Assembly: GCA_040776905.1 (NCBI GenBank)
Contig: JAXGZQ010000001.1
Span: 1,564,400 to 1,628,399, forward strand
Length of the DNA stretch: 64,000 nucleotides
Origin: Clostridia bacterium
GTDB taxonomy: Bacteria; Bacillota; Clostridia; Saccharofermentanales; UBA5734
Reading direction: 5' to 3'
Part shown: piece by piece, positions 18,305-29,285 of the stretch
Layout of the letters: each line of letters opens with the position of its first letter
How positions within the stretch are numbered: position 1 is the first letter of the stretch
Translations under genes and position numbers: made by a program
The notes under the pieces: generated by a model
Databases searched by the model: none
What the model was told of the DNA's origin: nothing
The model's input: only the letters and a program-made list of their open reading frames with translations

Positions 18305-20161
18305 ATGAAATGTAGACTGCCATGGGTGATCATGCTGCTGATCGTCATGCTGCTGGCCGGATGCCGGCAGCCGGTCAGTTCAATGACAGAAAGAACAGAG
18401 CCGCAGGCGACCGTTCCGGTTGTAACGGATCCATCTGAAACAACTGAAACCACACCGGCCGGCGAATCAACACCTGAGCCGCAAGCGGCCTTCCCGAACA
18501 CGCCGATCTGGCATCTGTCCCATGAACTGACCGGTACCATTCATCTGGACCAGATCGGATATCGTCCAGCTGACCGGAAGATCGCTGTTATTGAGAACTA
18601 CAGCGGTCCGTTTCGCGTGATTCACGCGGACAATGATGAACTAGTTCTGGAGGGTGACACGTCAACATGCTCGCCGGTCGATCCATCCACTAGACAGACG
18701 CTGTCAACCGCTGACTTTTCCGGGCTTGACACGACTGGCCGCTATTACCTGCTATTGCCGGAAGTCGGACGTTCCTGGCCGTTTGAGATCGCGGACAACG
18801 TGTACAGGGAAGTGGCAGACAGCCTGTTCAGATTTCTCTATCTGCAGCGCTGTGGAATCGAGTTGGATGAAACGATCGCCGGTGTCCATGCTCATCCGGC
18901 CTGTCATCTGGATGCTCCGGTTCTGTATGAAAATCAGGAGATCGCCGTCAATCTTTCCGGAGGATGGCATGATGCCGGCGACTATGGACGATATAGCGTT
19001 CCAACCGCGAAGACCATTGCGGATCTGCTGCTGACACACCAGTTTTTTCCGGAAGCCTATGCCGATCAAAGTGGTATTCCCGAGAGTGGCGACAGCCTGC
19101 CGGATCTGCTGAATGAAGCGAAAATCGGACTTTCATTTCTCATGCAGATGCAGGCGGAAGACGGCGGTATCCACCATAAAGTGAGTGCGACTGCCTTTCC
19201 CGGAAACCTGCTGCCGCACAGCGACCACATGCAGCAGTACATCCTGCCCGTATCGTCACCCGCGACCGCGTCTGGCGCTGCGGTTCTGGCGATGGCCGGA
19301 CGTCTTTATGCCGACACGGATCCGATTTTCGCGTCATCAGCCACGGCGGCGGCTCGTCTGGCCTGGCGCTGGCTTGAAACACATCCGCAAGCCGTCCCCT
19401 TTCGCAATCCATCCGGTGTGGTCACCGGTGAATACGGTGATCTGGCGGATCAGGATGAACGAGCCTGGGCGGCAGCGGAGCTTTTCACCCTGACCGGTGA
19501 ACCCAGCTTCCGGGAAGCCTTTGACCGCTGGTCGGCTGATATTGGGGCCGATCGCTTCGGATTCGGCTGGCAGTCAGTCGGCGGCTACGCGGCCATTTCC
19601 AGACTGATGAACGGATCGGACGACGCAGCCGCGAATCCTGATCTGCGTTCAGCGTTTATGGATCAAGCCGATCGTCTGGCTGAGTTCAGCCGGCAGGATG
19701 GCCATCAGGCGATCCTGTCAGTTGATGATTATGGCTGGGGCAGTAATATGACACTGCTGAATCGGGCTATGCACCTGATTCTGGCCGGCCGCTTGAGCGG
19801 TCAGGGCGAATGGGATGAGATCGCGCTGGATCAGCTGCATTATCTGTTTGGGCGTAATGGACTGGGGCAGGTTTATCTGACCGGATTCGGCAGTCAGCCT
19901 GTGCGTTATCCTCATCATCGCCCGTCACTGGCCCTTTTGCAGCATGCTCCGGTTCCCGGCATGGTCGCCGGCGGCCCGAATATCCATCGTGAAGATCCTG
20001 CCGCGGAAATTCTGATCAAAGAAGGCAGCCCACCAGCTCTGGCCTATATCGATCAGTCCAGCACCTACTCAACCAATGAGGTCACCATTTACTGGAATTC
20101 CCCCGCGATTTTTGTGATCGCGGCTTTTACTGACGAAGTGAGATTGGAGACAAATCAATGA
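18305..20161 (+). CDS. Glycoside hydrolase family 9-like lipoprotein with cellulase N-terminal Ig domain
   Basis: Lipobox LLAGC; HLDQIGYRPADRK; GGWHDAGDYGRY; C-terminal LHYLFGRNGLGQVYLTGFGSQPVRYPHHRPS and nearby catalytic region. Confidence 0.9.
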   Translation: MKCRLPWVIMLLIVMLLAGCRQPVSSMTERTEPQATVPVVTDPSETTETTPAGESTPEPQAAFPNTPIWHLSHELTGTIHLDQIGYRPADRKIAVIENYSGPFRVIHADNDELVLEGDTSTCSPVDPSTRQTLSTADFSGLDTTGRYYLLLPEVGRSWPFEIADNVYREVADSLFRFLYLQRCGIELDETIAGVHAHPACHLDAPVLYENQEIAVNLSGGWHDAGDYGRYSVPTAKTIADLLLTHQFFPEAYADQSGIPESGDSLPDLLNEAKIGLSFLMQMQAEDGGIHHKVSATAFPGNLLPHSDHMQQYILPVSSPATASGAAVLAMAGRLYADTDPIFASSATAAARLAWRWLETHPQAVPFRNPSGVVTGEYGDLADQDERAWAAAELFTLTGEPSFREAFDRWSADIGADRFGFGWQSVGGYAAISRLMNGSDDAAANPDLRSAFMDQADRLAEFSRQDGHQAILSVDDYGWGSNMTLLNRAMHLILAGRLSGQGEWDEIALDQLHYLFGRNGLGQVYLTGFGSQPVRYPHHRPSLALLQHAPVPGMVAGGPNIHREDPAAEILIKEGSPPALAYIDQSSTYSTNEVTIYWNSPAIFVIAAFTDEVRLETNQ

Positions 20162-20757
20162 AGACATGGCTGAAAAAAGTGAATCGCGGACTGATTCTGA
20201 CCCTGGTGGCGATTTTGGCTGTCACTGTCTATCTGACCGCGTTGAGTATCGCGCAGAACCGACAAAAAACCAGGATCGAAGCGATCTGCCGTGATTATAT
20301 CGCGCTGGAAGCCGCCTGGCAGAAACTGCCGGCGGATATCGATCTGGCGGACCTGCCTCTGAGCGATGAGGAACAGGCCGCACACTTCAGCCAGCTGAGA
20401 ACGGAACTGGCGCCCTACTACATTCAGGATGAACAGATTCTTGATCTCGCCGTTCAGAGGATCAGCGACGCGCTGCGCCTGCAAATGAACGGAGGAACGG
20501 TTCTTACCTCCTATGAGAAGACGGTGACAGCATTCAGCGGATTTCAGTTCGATGGCCAGCGCGTCACCGTGGAGATCACCACGCAGACCGCGGTCGAGCA
20601 GGTTGATCCGGGCCGGCCGGACGCGATGCCGCAGCGGTTTGCCGGGTCCATCACCGACTCGATCACCCTGCAGCGCGAAGGCGATACCTGGCGGCTGCTG
20701 AACGCGTCGCTCAATTTGCCCTGGCAGTCGTCGTACCGCGAAAAATTCGGCGGATAA
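20158..20757 (+). CDS. Hypothetical membrane-anchored protein
   Basis: Start overlaps the GH9 stop (ATGA); N-terminal TM GLILTLVAILAVTVYLTAL. Confidence 0.6.
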   Translation: MKTWLKKVNRGLILTLVAILAVTVYLTALSIAQNRQKTRIEAICRDYIALEAAWQKLPADIDLADLPLSDEEQAAHFSQLRTELAPYYIQDEQILDLAVQRISDALRLQMNGGTVLTSYEKTVTAFSGFQFDGQRVTVEITTQTAVEQVDPGRPDAMPQRFAGSITDSITLQREGDTWRLLNASLNLPWQSSYREKFGG

Positions 20758-20776
20758 ACAAAGATTGGATGGTAAT

Positions 20777-21706
20777 ATGATGGACACCATTTTGCAGATC
20801 AGACAGTTGGAGAAGTCATTCGGACGGCGCAAAATTATTGATAAGATCAGTTTTGACGTCCAGGCCGGCGAGGTGTTCGGTTTTCTCGGGCCTAACGGCG
20901 CAGGCAAAACAACCACGTTGAAAATGGTGATGGGTTTTCTTCAGCCGGACGGCGGCGACATTGTGATCAACGGGTTTGACCTGAAGCATCATTATGAAAC
21001 CGCCATGGGATCGCTCGGCGGTATTGTGGAAAATCCTGAGCTTTATCAGGATCTATCGGGACGGGTCAATCTGAAAATGTACGCCCGGCTGCATGACGAT
21101 GTGACCAATGACCGGATCATGGAAGTCGCGGCCATGGTCGGGATGCAGGGCCGCCTTGATGAGAAAGTAAAAAAGTATTCTCTGGGCATGAAGCAGCGGA
21201 TCGGGCTGGCGCAGGCCCTGCTGCATCGTCCCAAACTGCTGATTCTTGATGAGCCGACCAACGGGCTCGATCCTGCCGGTATCAGGGAACTGCGTGACAT
21301 TCTTAAACGCCTGGCACATGAAGAGCATGTCGCTGTGGTGGTCTCCAGCCATCTGCTCAGCGAGATGCAGCTGATGTGCGACCGGGTCGCGATCATTCAC
21401 CTCGGCCGACTGCTCGGGGTGCGTACCATCCGTGAATTGACGGATCTTTCCCGGCAGACGACGGTTTATCGGATTTTGACCCCCGAGGCACAGGCTGCGG
21501 CTGAAATCCTGCGGCCGGCTTATGGCGAAGGGATCGGCGAGCTGTCCGAACAGGGGCTGGACCTGGAGGTCGCGACGGACCGTGTTCCCGCGGTCATCCG
21601 GCTGTTGGCGATGAAGGGGGTTGACTTGTACGGGGTGACCCGTCTGGAAAGCTCCCTGGAAGACGCGTTCCTGCAGGTGACGGGTGGAGGGTTGAACATT
21701 GAATAA
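20777..21706 (+). CDS. ABC transporter ATP-binding protein (ABC-2 type)
   Basis: GPNGAGKTTTLKM, YSLGMKQRIGLAQALL, LLILDEPTNGLDP. Confidence 0.94.
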   Translation: MMDTILQIRQLEKSFGRRKIIDKISFDVQAGEVFGFLGPNGAGKTTTLKMVMGFLQPDGGDIVINGFDLKHHYETAMGSLGGIVENPELYQDLSGRVNLKMYARLHDDVTNDRIMEVAAMVGMQGRLDEKVKKYSLGMKQRIGLAQALLHRPKLLILDEPTNGLDPAGIRELRDILKRLAHEEHVAVVVSSHLLSEMQLMCDRVAIIHLGRLLGVRTIRELTDLSRQTTVYRILTPEAQAAAEILRPAYGEGIGELSEQGLDLEVATDRVPAVIRLLAMKGVDLYGVTRLESSLEDAFLQVTGGGLNIE

Positions 21707-23261
21707 GATTATTGCGCTCTATCAGAATGAGATGATAAAGATTTCCAAAAAGATCAGCCTGGTTGTGATTTTGGCCCTGATGATCTGTGGCGTGGTCGGA
21801 CTGGCGGGCCTGATGAAATTCCAGCAGTCACAACAGGAACGGTATCGAAATGAACAGGGTCATGAACCGGACTGGGCCGCGGAGGAAATGAAGTATCAGC
21901 TGGATATGTTTCACGAGCAGGAAGACAGTCTGACAGCCCAGATTGACGCGATGGATCCCGATGCCGATGATGATCGTCTGTTCGGGCTGGAGGAAGAACT
22001 GCGTTATGTGCGCCGCCAGATCAACCAGATTGAACTGGCGATGGAATATGACGTCGGACTTTATGATGAACAGAGTTTTCTCAATGATGTGATCAATCTG
22101 CTGCCGGACCTATGGGCTGAAGAGCAGCGGCTGCAGGCATTGCCGCCGGAGCTTCGTCCCGCGGACTGGACAGAGCAGGTGGCCGTGGTCCAGCAGGAGG
22201 AAAGCGCTTACCGTGAGGTTCTGGAGAGTCGTAATTTCCATGACTACATTGAATTGGTTTGGCAGGGACTTCCGCGGTCCGGTATGACCGATGCGATGAT
22301 CCTGATTGAACAGGAGCGGCTGGACCTGTGGTATACGCTTGACCCGAGCGGCGGAATGTCCGGGGATATGGATTACAACCAGGTCAGAATGGTGCTGGAC
22401 CAGCGGGTTTCGCTGCGCCGGTCCATGCTGGAACGGATCGATTATACCAGCAGCCAGGGTCCCGTGCCGATGACACCGGACCGCTATGCGGAACTGGAGA
22501 ATCAGCTGGCTGTTCTCGATTACCGGATTGAGAACAATGTGCTGTCATCGTCGTCCTATGAGCAGTCGTTTTCTGATATGGCAGTTAGCAGCATGGCCGG
22601 CTTTGGCATGTTCATGGTGGTGATGATGATGCTGATCCTGGCCGGCGGCGCGATCTCGCAGGAAATGGCGACAGGATCAATCAAGTCGCTGATCATCGCT
22701 CCCGTCCGCCGCTGGAAAATATTCACGGCAAAGGTTCTCTCCCTGGTCAGTGTCAGTTTGATCGCGACGATTCTGCTTTATCTGGTGATGATCCTGACAC
22801 ATGGACTGATGTTCGGATTTAGCAGCGGGCAGCCGTATATTTTTGCCAGTCATGGCCAGGCAGGCGCGCTTTCATTCGCGATCTACCAGCTGGCTTCGCT
22901 GCTGGTCCGCTGGATTAGTGTTCTGGTCTTCATCGCACTCGCGCTGATGCTTTCAGTCGTGACGCGGAACACCGCGGCTGCTGTCGGCATCTCAATGGCG
23001 ATTTTCTTCGGCCATCAGCTGATTGGTTCATTCCTCATGTTTCTGCCCCGCAGCGAATGGGTCAAATTCATTCCGTTCGAGCACTTCAGCCTGCTGCCGC
23101 GCTTTTTCCCATTCGCCGACAGCGGCGGATCTTTCATAACAGGAGCGATGTCCCAGACGCCGCGGACCACCCTGCTGTTTTCCCTGTTGTATCTGCTGGT
23201 GCTCCTGATCTGCATGGGCTATACCGCGCTGGATTCGTTCAGCCGGCGTGATATCAAATAA
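21699..23261 (+). CDS. ABC-2 type transporter permease
   Basis: Overlaps the ATPase gene by 8 bp; multiple TMs; GGAISQEMATGSIKSLIIAPVRRWKIFTAK. Confidence 0.9.
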   Translation: MNKIIALYQNEMIKISKKISLVVILALMICGVVGLAGLMKFQQSQQERYRNEQGHEPDWAAEEMKYQLDMFHEQEDSLTAQIDAMDPDADDDRLFGLEEELRYVRRQINQIELAMEYDVGLYDEQSFLNDVINLLPDLWAEEQRLQALPPELRPADWTEQVAVVQQEESAYREVLESRNFHDYIELVWQGLPRSGMTDAMILIEQERLDLWYTLDPSGGMSGDMDYNQVRMVLDQRVSLRRSMLERIDYTSSQGPVPMTPDRYAELENQLAVLDYRIENNVLSSSSYEQSFSDMAVSSMAGFGMFMVVMMMLILAGGAISQEMATGSIKSLIIAPVRRWKIFTAKVLSLVSVSLIATILLYLVMILTHGLMFGFSSGQPYIFASHGQAGALSFAIYQLASLLVRWISVLVFIALALMLSVVTRNTAAAVGISMAIFFGHQLIGSFLMFLPRSEWVKFIPFEHFSLLPRFFPFADSGGSFITGAMSQTPRTTLLFSLLYLLVLLICMGYTALDSFSRRDIK

Positions 23262-23391
23262 CCGGCTGGATCGGACCTAATCAATTCCCGCTGATTCCCT
23301 CTGTACGAAATCGCTTTAATCAGGTAAAATGCTAAAGGGTTATGATGAACCAGGGTAATGGTTCACAACATGAATTTGGAGGAGACATCAC

Positions 23392-24204
23392 GTGAGAAAA
23401 TTTTATCGACTGATTCTGGCAGGGCTGCTGATGGCGGCGCTGGTTCTGACTGGCTGCGGTGCCTCAGAGGGTAAAGATGATTCACTCAAAGCGGTTCGCG
23501 ACAAGGGCGAACTGGTGATGGGACTGGACGACGCGTTCCCGCCCATGGGATTCCGTGACGATGAAAATGAGCTGGTCGGATTTGATATCGATGTAGCCAA
23601 AGAAGTCGCCAGCCGGATGGAGATTGAACTGCGCCTGCAGCCGATCGACTGGACGCAGAATGTCAGTGAACTGGCCAGCGGCCAGATTGACTGCATCTGG
23701 AACGGCTATACGATCACGGACGAGCGGGCGGAACAAGTCAATTTCAGCGAACCGTACATGAGAAACCGGCAGGTGATTGTGGTCCGCAGTGAATCTGATG
23801 TTGAGACACTCGACGATCTCGCCGGTCTCAAACTGGTCCTGCAGGCCGGCTCGAGTGCCGTCTCGGCTCTGGAGAAGGCTGAAGAGCTCAAGGACTCGCT
23901 GGCTGAAGTGGTTGAGCTGAAGGACAATGTCACGGCATTTCTTGATCTACAGTCCGGCGCGACCGACGCGCTGCTGATTGACGAGATTGTCGCCAATTAC
24001 TATATCACCACGAATTCGGCCGATTTCCGGGTGCTCGATGAGAGTCTGGCTGAAGAGGAGTTCGGCATCGGTTTCCGCAAAAATGACCAGGCGCTGCGCG
24101 ATGAAGTGCAGAAGACACTGGAAGCGATGCAGGCGGATGGAACACTGGCAGAAATTTCGGACAAATGGTTCAATGTTGATCTGACAACGATCAAAGCGCC
24201 TTAA
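23392..24204 (+). CDS. Polar amino acid ABC transporter substrate-binding lipoprotein
   Basis: LTGCG lipobox; KGELVMGLDDAFPPMGFRDDENELVGFDIDVAKEVASRM. Confidence 0.92.
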   Translation: MRKFYRLILAGLLMAALVLTGCGASEGKDDSLKAVRDKGELVMGLDDAFPPMGFRDDENELVGFDIDVAKEVASRMEIELRLQPIDWTQNVSELASGQIDCIWNGYTITDERAEQVNFSEPYMRNRQVIVVRSESDVETLDDLAGLKLVLQAGSSAVSALEKAEELKDSLAEVVELKDNVTAFLDLQSGATDALLIDEIVANYYITTNSADFRVLDESLAEEEFGIGFRKNDQALRDEVQKTLEAMQADGTLAEISDKWFNVDLTTIKAP

Positions 24205-24212
24205 GAACCGCT

Positions 24213-24857
24213 ATGGATTATCCATCGATTATTTTGTATCTTTTGCAGGGAACGGGCAAGGCCATCCAGGTCTTCGCCCTGACCCTGCTTTTTTCTGTCC
24301 CGCTCGGGATGCTGGTGGCCCAGCTGCGCATGATGAAGAATCCACTGATCCAGCTGCCGGTGCGGCTGTATCTGCTGGTGATGCGCGGGACACCCCTGCT
24401 GCTGCAGCTGGTTTTTTTCATGTATTTCCCACCGTTTGTCCTCGGGATCAGTGTCGATCGTTTTTTCGCGGCGATCCTGACTTTCTCACTGAACTACGCG
24501 GCGTATTTCGCGGAAATATTCCGGGGTGGTATTGAATCTATTCCGGTCGGCCAGAGTGAAGCGGCGCAGGTCCTGGGATTTTCCCGCTGGAAAACGTTCC
24601 GGCTGATCATCCTGCCTCAGGTTATCAAGCGCATTCTGCCGGCCAGCGCCAATGAATGCATGACCCTCGTCAAGGATACCGCGCTGGCCCAGGTCATCGG
24701 TGTGGCAGAACTGTTTCGCGCGTCCAACAATGTGATGTCGCGTGAATTCTCGGTTATCCCGATTGTGATCGCCGGTCTATTTTACCTGGCAATGAATGGT
24801 GTGGTTGCTTCGGTATTTTCCCGTGCCGAGAAAAAAATGAGTTACTACAGGAGCTGA
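24213..24857 (+). CDS. Amino acid ABC transporter permease
   Basis: [50 protein letters not shown]. Confidence 0.93.
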   Translation: MDYPSIILYLLQGTGKAIQVFALTLLFSVPLGMLVAQLRMMKNPLIQLPVRLYLLVMRGTPLLLQLVFFMYFPPFVLGISVDRFFAAILTFSLNYAAYFAEIFRGGIESIPVGQSEAAQVLGFSRWKTFRLIILPQVIKRILPASANECMTLVKDTALAQVIGVAELFRASNNVMSREFSVIPIVIAGLFYLAMNGVVASVFSRAEKKMSYYRS

Positions 24858-24858
24858 C

Positions 24859-25704
24859 ATGGCAATACTGAATCAACCCGCTGATCTGACGACTCCGCTC
24901 CGGCCGGCCATCGAGGTTCGCGGCCTGCGAAAATCTTTTGACACACTTGAGGTCCTGCGTGACATTTCCTTTGATGTCGCGCTCGGCGAAGTGGTCGCGG
25001 TCATCGGGCCGTCCGGTTCCGGCAAATCAACCCTGCTTCGCCTGATCAACCAGCTGGAGATCGCTGACCAGGGCCTGATCGCGATCAATGGTGAGGCAAT
25101 CTGCCGGCCGGACCCGGGCAACGCCCGTCCGGATGACGCGCCGGCCGTCTACGCGGACAGCCGCGTACTGCGCCGCTGTGGCCTGCAGATCGGCCTGGTC
25201 TTTCAGAATTTCAATCTGTTTCCCCATTTCAGTATTCTGCGCAATATCATGGAGGCACCGGTCCAGGTGCTGGGAATCAGCCGTCCTGCCGCCGAGACGG
25301 TCGCCCGCAGGCAATTGGAGCGCCTCGGCCTGGCGGATAAAGCAGACGCTTTTCCCTGGCAGCTGTCCGGCGGGCAGCAGCAGCGTGCGGCGATCGCGCG
25401 GGCTCTGGCACTCAATCCGACCGTCCTCTTTTTTGATGAACCGACCTCGGCACTCGATCCTGAACTGACCGGTGAGGTTCTGCGGGTGATCCGCTCCCTG
25501 GCGGATGAAAAGATGACAATGGTCGTGGTGACACATGAAATGGCGTTCGCGCGGGATCTGGCCGACCGCATTGTCTTCATGGATCAGGGTGTTATCATAG
25601 AACAGGGGCCGCCGGAGCAGGTGTTTACCTCGCTCAATCCGCGGACCCGCCAGTTTCTGCAGCATTACGAGGATCAGAACAGCCGCATGTCAGCCGGGCT
25701 GTGA
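24859..25704 (+). CDS. Amino acid ABC transporter ATP-binding protein
   Basis: [49 protein letters not shown]. Confidence 0.93.
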   Translation: MAILNQPADLTTPLRPAIEVRGLRKSFDTLEVLRDISFDVALGEVVAVIGPSGSGKSTLLRLINQLEIADQGLIAINGEAICRPDPGNARPDDAPAVYADSRVLRRCGLQIGLVFQNFNLFPHFSILRNIMEAPVQVLGISRPAAETVARRQLERLGLADKADAFPWQLSGGQQQRAAIARALALNPTVLFFDEPTSALDPELTGEVLRVIRSLADEKMTMVVVTHEMAFARDLADRIVFMDQGVIIEQGPPEQVFTSLNPRTRQFLQHYEDQNSRMSAGL

Positions 25705-25717
25705 CAGAAGGAGGACC

Positions 25718-27754
25718 ATGACCATGACACAGAATCAATGGTGGAAAAATCATCACTGGCGCTTCATCCAGACGAACCTGCGTGAGATCGATATGCAGGA
25801 TATCGACGCGAAGCAGTATGTTCAGGATATGTTGTCGTTTGGGGCGACCGTCGCCATGATCAATACATCCGGCATCATTGCCAGCTACCCGACAAAGCTG
25901 CCGTATCATTACCAGAGTCCCTATCTGACCGGCGACAGCCTGAAAACAATCATCGAAGCGTGCCATGCCCATGGCATCCGGGTGATGGCCCGCACTGATT
26001 TTTCCAAAGTCCGCCGGGTGATCTACGAACAGCATCCTGATTGGGCTTTTGTCGATACAGATGGCCAGATCGTCGATTATGAAGGTGATGTCCATGTCTG
26101 CATCAACAGTGAATACCAGCAGACATATGCGCTGGAAATTATCCGCGAAACCCTGACGGAACTGGATGTTGACGGAATCTTCTTTAATATGGGCGGTTAT
26201 GTATCGGGTGATTACAGCGGCCGTCAGCATGGCATCTGCCAGTGTGGCAGCTGCCGGCGCCGCTTCCGCGAGATGACCGGAAATGAACTGCCCCGTCAGG
26301 CAGACCTGGCTGATCCGGTTTATCGCTCGTATTTGATGTTCAGACGTGAAACGACGACCGCTTATAACCGCAAGGTCTGCGAGTTTATCAAATCCATCCG
26401 GCCGGATGTTCTGATCAATCATGATACCTATACGGAAGACAGTGGTTTTATCCGTCAGGAGTCCAACACTGCCTGGGATCGCGCGCTGCCGCACTGGCAG
26501 TACAGCGGCTCTGAAAACACAAAATGGGTGCGCGGCTCATTTCCGACCTTTATTTCGAGCAATACGACCGTCGATTTTATTGATTTTCCCAGCCGCCATG
26601 TGGCCGTTTCCCCCTGGCAGCAGGCACTGCGGCTTTATCAGGGCCTGGCCAACGGCGGGATGCCTGATTATTATCTGATCGGTCGGCTTGACAATCACCG
26701 GGACCGGTCGGGCTTTGAACCGATCCGCCAGGCTTTTCAGTTCCATGCCCGTCATCAGGAACTGTTCCGTGATCTGAGGGGCGATTGCCGGACGGTGATT
26801 CTGGCCGGCGATCACTGGGGCGGTCATGGCGACGGCGACATGCAGGAATTTTTCGGCTTGTACCGGGCTCTGACAGAAGCACATCATCTGTTTGATGTGA
26901 TGCTTCTCAGCCAGGTGGTACGGCAGGGCCTTGCGAAGTATCAGACGATCATACTGCCCGGTTGTGCCGCGCTGGCGGCGGAGACCGCCACCGTCATCGA
27001 TCAGGCGGTACATCAGGGCGCGACGCTGATCAGCAGCGGACTGACCGGGCGGCGCGATGAACGGCTCGATGAATTATCCGAGAACGCACTGGCGTGTCTG
27101 AGAGGCGTCAAGCCGCTGGCGGAGCGTCCGGCCCGCGGTGCCTATTTCCAGCTTGACGATCATGCCTGGACCGAAGCACTCAATGACACTGACCTGATCA
27201 CAATCGACGGGGATTATTTCTATGCGGAGTATCCGGCGAACGCTGAGCGTTACGGCCGGCTGATTCCACCACAGCCTTACGGTCCGCCGGAGCGCTGCTA
27301 TTCACTGTATCCGGCAACAGACTACCCGGCGGCGGCCCGTCTGCCTTACGGGCAGGGCACAGTTATCCTGCTGCCCTGGCAGCCCGGACGGCTGTTTCAG
27401 CGTCAGGGCTATGCCAATACCGCGGCGTTTCTGAGCGATGTCCTGATTCGGATCGCTGAGCTGCAGCCGATTGGCGGCAATCTTCCGCCGATGGTTGAGA
27501 CAACTCTGCTGCATCGGGATGGTGAAGATTTCAGGCTGCTCTGCCTGGTCAACGGCAGCGGTCATTTCGGCAACAGCTTCTACAAACCACTGACATTGAC
27601 GGATCTACGGGTACAGGTTCCGTTTCAGGCGAAGACGGTCCGTTCAGTGACCCGGCTGAGTGACGGTGAAGCGCTGACATTCAGCTGGCAGGAAGAGCGG
27701 CTGACGATCGAAGTTGACCGGTTGGAGGCCTTTGACGCTTTACTGATCCGTTGA
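25718..27754 (+). CDS. Glycosyl-hydrolase-like protein (GHL6 / beta-galactosidase-trimerisation type), paralog A
   Basis: FIQTNLREID...CHAHGIRVMARTDFSKVRRVIYEQHPDWAFVD...DVDGIFFNMGG...CQCGSCRRRF. Family name recalled, not searched. Confidence 0.75.
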   Translation: MTMTQNQWWKNHHWRFIQTNLREIDMQDIDAKQYVQDMLSFGATVAMINTSGIIASYPTKLPYHYQSPYLTGDSLKTIIEACHAHGIRVMARTDFSKVRRVIYEQHPDWAFVDTDGQIVDYEGDVHVCINSEYQQTYALEIIRETLTELDVDGIFFNMGGYVSGDYSGRQHGICQCGSCRRRFREMTGNELPRQADLADPVYRSYLMFRRETTTAYNRKVCEFIKSIRPDVLINHDTYTEDSGFIRQESNTAWDRALPHWQYSGSENTKWVRGSFPTFISSNTTVDFIDFPSRHVAVSPWQQALRLYQGLANGGMPDYYLIGRLDNHRDRSGFEPIRQAFQFHARHQELFRDLRGDCRTVILAGDHWGGHGDGDMQEFFGLYRALTEAHHLFDVMLLSQVVRQGLAKYQTIILPGCAALAAETATVIDQAVHQGATLISSGLTGRRDERLDELSENALACLRGVKPLAERPARGAYFQLDDHAWTEALNDTDLITIDGDYFYAEYPANAERYGRLIPPQPYGPPERCYSLYPATDYPAAARLPYGQGTVILLPWQPGRLFQRQGYANTAAFLSDVLIRIAELQPIGGNLPPMVETTLLHRDGEDFRLLCLVNGSGHFGNSFYKPLTLTDLRVQVPFQAKTVRSVTRLSDGEALTFSWQEERLTIEVDRLEAFDALLIR

Positions 27755-27809
27755 AACAACACTTGACTCTGACAGGCACTGAATGAAGACCGGGTACTGA
27801 AACCGCGCC

Positions 27810-28032
27810 TTACTCTTTGCGAAAAATATCGAGTGTGTGATGAGAGAAGCCAATCAGGTCGGGTCGTTCGCAGGTCGCGAAATGATAGCTGAGAAACAGC
27901 TGATAATCATCCTCATCCATTTCCGCGAGGGCCTCACGCATGTGATTGGCATAGCCGTCTGTCGCGACAAAATGCAGCTGCGAGACATTAAATGGCCGCC
28001 TCAGGGCGTTTGCCGACTTAGCCGCGTTTGAC
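27810..28032 (-). pseudogene. C-terminal remnant of a class I SAM-dependent methyltransferase
   Basis: Minus-strand frame without a nearby start reads ...ALRRPFNVSQLHFVATDGYANHMREALAEMDEDDYQLFLSYHFATCERPDLIGFSHHTLDIFRKE*, a typical C-terminus of this family; the rest of the gene is absent. Confidence 0.65.
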
Positions 28033-29103
28033 TCAGCGATAAGAGCCTAATTCGCGCACCAGTTCAATGATCTTGCGGAAATTATCGAAACTGACGGTAT
28101 TGGGAATGGAGTGGTCAGACGCGAAAATGTAGCCGCCGGATTCTTTCATGACCGGAATGACCCGTCTCATTTCAGCTTCGATTTTTTCCCGATCATCCCA
28201 GAGCACCGCGTTGATGCCGCCATGGAAAACCAGATCCCGGCCGTAGGCCTGCTTGAGCCCGACCGGATTCATCCCGGCCTTGACCTCCAGCGGATTGAGC
28301 GCATCGAGTCCGATCTCGATCAGTTCGGGCACAATGGGATTGATGTCGCCGCAGGAATGCAGGTGGGCCTTGATCCCGTGCGCATGGGCCCATTCGATCG
28401 CGCGCTTTTGAACAGGTTTCAGCAGTTCCCGGTACATATCCAGCGAGAAAAACTGATGCTGGCGGTAGCCCATGTCATCCGGCCAGGTGATACAGTCAAA
28501 GTGATAGCCGGCATCCCAGACCTGATCCAGCAGTGCCAGTCCGGTGTCCAGGTAATGATTAAACATGTCAACACACCATTCAGGTTCTTCAATCATCGCG
28601 ATCAACAGTGTTTCGGTTCCGGTCATCCAGGAATGCGTAACGTCAAAGCCGAACCAGAGTCCGCCCTGGATCCAGGCTCCCTGCTCACGCCATTTCCGGT
28701 AATTTTTCTGCAGTTCACGCCAGTTGATCCGGTCCGGCGAAGCGGTCATTCTGGCTTTCGCTTCTATCCAGGAGTCAGGCGTTGTGATCTTGAAATCAAG
28801 AAATTCCGGGGTGCTGTCCAGTGCCTTGAACTGGCGCAGTGTCACACCCCAGGGCGTCGTTTCAATGGTCCAGTCATCATTTTCCTCAAGGACCCTGACC
28901 GGGTAGCGTGGCGAATTGTCAACCGATATCTGAACAACATGGTCCAGATCGAAATAGTCAATATAACTCATTCCGGCCGGCAGACCTTCACGATGCCAGC
29001 GCTGGATCGTTCCGCGCCAGGGCTGATCGCTGATGGGGATTCTGTCGGCATCTTTGTGTGCGTAGATGCGGCTGAACCGTTCATGTGATGTCATGGGTTT
29101 CAT
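28033..29103 (-). CDS. Uroporphyrinogen decarboxylase (URO-D) superfamily protein
   Basis: TSHERFSRIYAHKDADRIPISD..., HGIKAHLHSCGDINPIVPELIEIGLDALNPLE. Confidence 0.85.
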   Translation of the reverse strand: MKPMTSHERFSRIYAHKDADRIPISDQPWRGTIQRWHREGLPAGMSYIDYFDLDHVVQISVDNSPRYPVRVLEENDDWTIETTPWGVTLRQFKALDSTPEFLDFKITTPDSWIEAKARMTASPDRINWRELQKNYRKWREQGAWIQGGLWFGFDVTHSWMTGTETLLIAMIEEPEWCVDMFNHYLDTGLALLDQVWDAGYHFDCITWPDDMGYRQHQFFSLDMYRELLKPVQKRAIEWAHAHGIKAHLHSCGDINPIVPELIEIGLDALNPLEVKAGMNPVGLKQAYGRDLVFHGGINAVLWDDREKIEAEMRRVIPVMKESGGYIFASDHSIPNTVSFDNFRKIIELVRELGSYR

Positions 29104-29221
29104 GGCTGGCCTCCTGAGGTGCCGTCTTCCGAAACGAGACAGCGTTATCGTTATGATCAGCATATCATAAACTGATTTCACTGATTGCTGCAATGATGGA
29201 TGATTCATTCATGGCTTGTTA

Positions 29222-29250
29222 TTGACATATGCCCATAACTGTTTTATACT
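29222..29250 (+). promoter_or_regulatory. Sigma-70-type promoter
   Basis: TTGACA (29222-29227), 17-bp spacer, TATACT (29245-29250), upstream of the small DUF5320-like genes. Confidence 0.7.
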
Positions 29251-29285
29251 GATTATACGGTCCGGCACCAATCCGCCTGACCGAA

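Noticed and set aside
25634-26494. 286-aa minus-strand ORF across the ABC ATPase/GHL6-like boundary
   Set aside because: Overlaps two supported plus-strand genes and has no motif support.
28111-29088. 325-aa plus-strand ORF antisense to the URO-D gene
   Set aside because: Shadow ORF; the opposite strand has clear family motifs.
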